From the NCBI GenBank assembly GCA_951406725.2, contig OX597817.1, positions 124,806,001 to 124,870,000 of the forward strand: 64,000 nt of DNA, read 5' to 3'. The notes beneath the pieces were generated by a model. The model worked only from the letters and a program-made list of their open reading frames with translations. It was not told the origin of the DNA and searched no databases. A program made the translations under genes and the position numbers. The stretch comes from Octopus vulgaris (Eukaryota). Of this stretch, positions 58,326-64,000 are shown one piece after another. How positions within the stretch are numbered: the stretch's first letter is position 1; every line of letters starts with the position of its first letter.

Positions 58326-59324
58326 TATGTATATTTGAAATTTACAGAAAAACAAAAGACAAAGATAGGTGTATGAACAACAGGCAGGTGTATTAGTTTG
58401 ATGCTCGAGAAAGTGAGAAAGTCTTTTACTTTTCGAGCCTACACTCTTCAACAGAAAGGAATATGAGGAAATAAAAAGGGAGAGAATAAAAAAACTTGTG
58501 TATTTAGCGATCAAACAATATACTTATATGACAGGCTTCTTTCAGTTTTTGTCTACCAAATCTACTCACAAGGTAATTGATGGTCATTCCTGTGGCTATA
58601 GCAGAAGAGAGCTTCACTAGATGCCATGCAGTGCGACTAAATATGGAACCACAGTGCTGGGAATCACACTTGTTATACAGCTATGCCTGCAGATTAGCAA
58701 CGTTCATATGTATAATAAAATTGATAAAGGCGGTAATTTTATTTTTCTAATGATTCTTTCTTTATTGCAGGTTTTATAATTTTTTATTCATTTGCACTGA
58801 TGCATAGGTTTAAGCTGCTATCCTTCTATCATCAATCTATTTTTAATGAAAGTGGTACCACTTGTTTTTAATTCTATTGTTTTAGAAATGATGAAGAAAC
58901 TTGTCCCACATCTTATATAAAAACTTGTTGCCAGACATTCTCCATTCATTGCATTGTTGTCATCATAATAGTTAATATGAGAAACCCTCCTCTGTTGATA
59001 AGAAATAGATATTCAACAAAATCAAAACAAAAATAGTTTAAAGAGAAGCATCAGCTTTCCAGCAGACTTCATCTCTTTTCCACTTAGATAGATCCATTCA
59101 CATAAATTTCTTAGCAGATCAGTTTTATGTAACAAAAATAACCGACATAATCTGCAACCTTATATCTGTCTTACCTAAATATATACACCCAGAAAAATAT
59201 TTAAAACCTGCCTACTTGTTAAATGTTTCTAAAGTATTTAAGTTAATTAACTGGTAATCATTTTTTACTATCATTATAATTGTTTTCATGCTCTGGTAGA
59301 AGAGGTAGTATGGTGAACGAGGGT

Positions 59325-59545
59325 GGCAGAATTGTTAGCACGCAGGGCGAAATGCTTAGCGGTATTTCGTTTGCTGCTATGTTCTGAGTTCAAATTCCGC
59401 TGAGGTCAACTTTGCCTTTCATCCTTTCGGGGTCGATAAATTAAGTACCAGTTACGCACTGAGGTCGATGTAATCGACTTAATACCTATGTCTGTCCTTG
59501 TTTGTCCCCTCTATGTTTAACCCCTTGTGGGTGATAAAGAAATAG
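59325..59545 (+). mobile_element. SINE family C with 17-bp TSD
   Basis: Perfect TSD GTATGGTGAACGAGGGT at 59308-59324 and 59546-59562. Confidence 0.9.
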
Positions 59546-62519
59546 GTATGGTGAACGAGGGTTAAATGCTTGGAGTCTGATGTTTTCCTTTCCAACTAAA
59601 CCATCTTTGCCTTCTTTCACTCTTTCGCTACCACATTAGGCACAAGAGAGTGGTGAAGAAAAGTGGTGTTCTCTGATAAGTTTAAGAAAAACCGGGTAAG
59701 ATGAATGTACCTCCAAGTTCCATCTGTAGATTATTAGGGGGATGAAAGCATTTGTTTTGTATTGAGCACAACAGAAGTCTATACAGAATATCATGAAATA
59801 CCTCATGTGGATATTAATTAATTGGAGATATATACTATATTTCTATGCAATTGTAATTTTATGATCACACAGCATAACATCCTCACACTGCATTTTGAGT
59901 TTGTAACATTTCCGTTTTAGTGCCCTTGCGTCACATAAGATAGAATAAGAACTGTTTTTATTTATAAGTATAACAATGTACCTACCCATTGTTGTTTTAG
60001 AGTTCATCAACTGTGTCTGTTCTCAATATTTTTGCAATGTGAAAGGCAGGGGAGGTCCAGAATCACTCTTATTACAACATTTAGAGTGATCACTCCCTGT
60101 TCCACGATCAAATCCCAATAAAGTCAAATTTACCTACATTGCTCCTCGTTGATACGTTAAATACCAGTAATGTACTGTTGTCTATATTCCATCTCTAACT
60201 GGTAGTCTGAGTAAGAAATCTATTATAAATTATCATAAGCTTTGTCTGCACTATTTCTATGCTTGCAAGCAAATAATGTAATATTTAAAAATCCTGTACC
60301 TCACATTATCGAAGTCTGTTTGTTCTGTAACTCGTAAAACTGTTCAATGTTTCAGTGATTTCTTTTCCTCTCTTATAATCATATGTTTGCGTATACACGA
60401 AAACATACATCAAGGTATGTAAATGTGTGTATATCTACAATTAATAATACTCTTAACGTCATGAAACTAACATATTACCACATTATGCCATAACTATATA
60501 ATTATTGTCCATGGCATATAAAAACCATTCTATTCTTTTAAAGAGAATCATATAAGCCTCAACAAATATACATTTATACAGATATCTTATTCATCGTTTA
60601 TAGAAATTATATGTATATATATATATATATGTATGTATGTGACAGAATGTATGTACACATGCATATTTGTGTGTGTGTGTGTGTGTGTGCACGCATGTGT
60701 GGAAGAATTGAATAAATTACTACTTGACAAATACCAAAATATTCCACTTTCTATTCATAAGCAGCAATTGCCACAAATGTATAAATGTCAGTTTTATTTC
60801 ATGATGTTTGATGCATTATTCAATTCAATACAAAGACATACTGCATGCTAACGTGCCACAAATTCAAAATGTCTTCAATTCCAGCAATTGCTGTAAGGTT
60901 TAGATGAATATGAGTGGCGAGATATTTAATGACAGACTGCTGATGTCGCTAAGCTTTTGTAGACTAAACATTAGGATTATCACACAAAAGATATACCATG
61001 ATGGTATTATAAAGGCAACAATGAGATCCATCTAGTAAATAAAATATCACATAAACAATGTAATACATGAGTTTGGCTTTTACAATATTCATGAATTATT
61101 TCATAATAAATAAACTATATTTTCACACAATATCTTGTAGGACACACTACAATTTATTTCATACAATTACATGAGATAGTTTGCTGTAAAATCGTATACA
61201 GCTACAATTATCAAGGGAGCCTCCAAATTTCACATATTAAAGAATCTAAACAGTTTTTACTGTAAAATATGTAGAATCTCTTAAATGATTCTGTAGCATA
61301 TTTTGGTGAGAGAAAGTGATTAATTCTGAAGAAACTTGATATGTTAGATGGAAACTGGTAAAATTTCAGATTTCTAACGGGTATAGAAGGGGTCAGTTGA
61401 AATGGTCAATTTTCTTATATTAAAGCTGTTGGAAATTATTCTAGCACATGAAGAATATCTAAATATGATTATTTTGGTATGTCTGGTTAAATGAAGTAAA
61501 ATAACCATTAATATTTTATGTCCATTTTTCCATGCTTTCATTGGTTGGACAGATTTTCTCCACCACAATATCTGTCCATTTGCTGTGGTTGGTCCTTTAT
61601 CATATCCCTTGAGAAGTTTAGCTTTCTGAAATTCACTTTTACCATTTTTTTGTTTTCATGTTTTCATGTTTTCATTGGCTTGCCTCTTCCAGAAGTTACT
61701 TCTACTTAGGTCTCTTGCTACATGTTTACCCATCTTTAATCGTATATATGTATTACAAGTTTAGTCTTACTCAATCTCCTCTTTTACACAATATATCTGA
61801 TCTATCTAACAGCCAGTTTTTTACTTTCATCATTTCAATTACAATTTTTTTTTTGTAGAGAGATATATTCTTTACAGATTTCAACTGTTAAAAAATGATT
61901 CTTGATACAAAATTTGGTCGATTTTTTTCTCTCTGATCTGCCAAACTACCTGTTGCTTTTGTTATTGTGTTACAAGTTGCACAGTCGCTCTCTCTCCCCC
62001 TCTCTGTCTGCCTCTCTTTCTCTCTCTCTCTCTCTCTCTCACCTTCTGGCCAGATAACCATGTATCTCCTCTACAGCAAGACATCTGTTTCTGTCTCTTG
62101 CTCTCACTTTAACCTTTCATTATCTGACACAAGGTCACCCCCTCCCCTCTCTAAGGATCTTTGTCTTGCAAGTTACTTCGTGAGCCTGCCAGTGCTGATG
62201 CCATGAAAAAAGCATTCAGTCAACATTGTAAAGTGGTTGGCATTTGGAAGGACATCCATCTGTAAAAATCATGCCAAAACTGACTTCACCATTTTTTGTG
62301 CCATGTAAAAAGCACCCAGTCCACTTTGTTAGGTGGTTGGTGTTAGAAAAAGCATCCTGCTGTAAAAACCCTGCCAAAACAGACACAGAAATTTGGTGCA
62401 GGATATTACCTGGCTGGCTCTTGTCAAACCATCCAACTCATGCCAGCACAAAAGGCGGATGTTAAACAGTGATGATGATGTTGGTGATGATGTGCTAATA
62501 TTTTTGCTAATGGGAATGT

Positions 62520-62559
<40 letters not shown>

Positions 62560-63039
62560 TTACATATATATAAGTACATGATTTAAAAATATAAGGAGGA
62601 AAATGCACAGAACGTGTATATATAAAGTTAATCCAAACATGAAAGCACAAAAAACACAACAACGCGAGGACGTGGAACAAATATAGTATTATTGGACGCT
62701 CAGGAAAGAAGGAAAGAAGGAGGGTTTAACATTTCGAGTGGAGCTCTTCGTCGGAAACATAGGAGAAGGAAAGATCCAGAGAAGGGAAGACAGAGGAAAA
62801 AAAAATCGCTAATGGTACACACATGAAATAAAATATTTACATGGTCAGCCTGTTTTGCTTTTGCTAATCATGACTAAGAAATTGGAGAAAATATTACAAT
62901 TTCATGGAATCCTAAGAAGATTTTAGTCCATGTTAGTAGCAGGGAAAGTTATTTAGTAAAGGAATATTACAGCAGCTATATATTTAAATAGCTGCTATAA
63001 TTAAATATGGGTAGAATACTGCACTTAGGTAGATGATGG

Positions 63040-63786
63040 ATGGTGTCACATTGCACAGTAATACACCAGTACCAGTGTTTCTGCCACTTTTGGAATCCAG
63101 CCTGAAAATTGCTTTCCATAAATGACTTGACGACCTGCAATTCCCTCTTGATCTCAACAATGGTATTAAAACAGCAACCTTTGAGCTGCATTTTCATTTT
63201 GGGTAAGAGCTGAATGTCTGCAGGTGCTATATCTGGTGAATAGGTTGGGTGCAGAAAGGATACCATGTTGTTTTTGGTAAGAAACTCATGAGAGAGGAGA
63301 GCTAAATGACAGGGTGACTTGTTGTGAAGAATGCAATTCTTCATGCTCCTCAGATCCAGTCGCTTTTGCCAAATGTCCTCTCTCAAATACTTCAAAACGT
63401 CACTGTAGAACTCTTGATTGATGATCTGGTGATGGGGTGATTAATTCTCAATGCACAATACAGCAGATGTCCAGAAAACGGTGTGCATGTTCTTGAATGA
63501 GCTGCAGCTCTGTTGTGCCATTTGAAGTGCCCTTGCCACTTGAAACGTTGCATACAACCCATTGCCTCATCTGCATATGCTTGCTAAAGCATACTCAATG
63601 ACTATAGCAGACTTCCCAAGTTTAACACAAAATTTCAGGTTAGTACTTTCTTCCAGCTTCCTGTCCATGACAAAATCGCAGACTATAGAATACACATGAT
63701 CACAAAAACACAAATTTCACAACTGTGTACTGCCATCTGTTGGTGCACTACAGAACTAGTCCAGGAACTTTCTGATACCATCTTGT
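63040..63786 (-). mobile_element. Degenerate mariner transposase remnant
   Basis: EFLTKNNMVSFLHPTYSPDIAPADIQLLPKMKMQLKG (YSPDLAP motif). Confidence 0.8.
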
Positions 63787-63928
63787 ATGTATATATATGT
63801 ATATATATATAATATATAAATTAGAGATAAAACCACTATTGTGCTACTCAAACAGTGATAGATGTAAAGCAAAACATAAATAACAAATAATATATATTTT
63901 TATAAAACATATAATTAGATCTCAAAAA

Positions 63929-63968
<40 letters not shown>

Positions 63969-64000
63969 TTATGTCTTCCAAAATATCTCAGATTTGCCAA

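Overview
AT-rich, microsatellite-dense eukaryotic (metazoan) DNA with no convincing host protein-coding gene. The repeat complement suggests a cephalopod/octopus-type genome, which is an inference. The window is largely mobile DNA: an RLE-type (R4/Dong-like) LINE, RTE LINE 3' ends, three tRNA-like SINE families, Tc1/mariner elements (DD34D, DD37D, DD41D, one nested inside another), pogo-like and hAT MITEs, Helitrons, and many Penelope-like (PLE) fragments embedded in (TA)n tracts. Highlights: (1) a near-identical 563-564 bp tandem array (4359-5866), each full unit carrying a type I hammerhead ribozyme, i.e. a retrozyme/pLTR-like unit predicted to release a 564-nt RNA; (2) about ten hammerhead-like motifs of several families across the window; (3) an RT-less PLE GIY-YIG ORF with an unusual Ser/Asn-rich linker and a 3' hammerhead; (4) an intact ORF1/gag-only (CCHC) retroelement in partial head-to-tail tandem whose 3' tail matches that of a local SINE family. 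All calls are by eye; no searches or folding programs were run.
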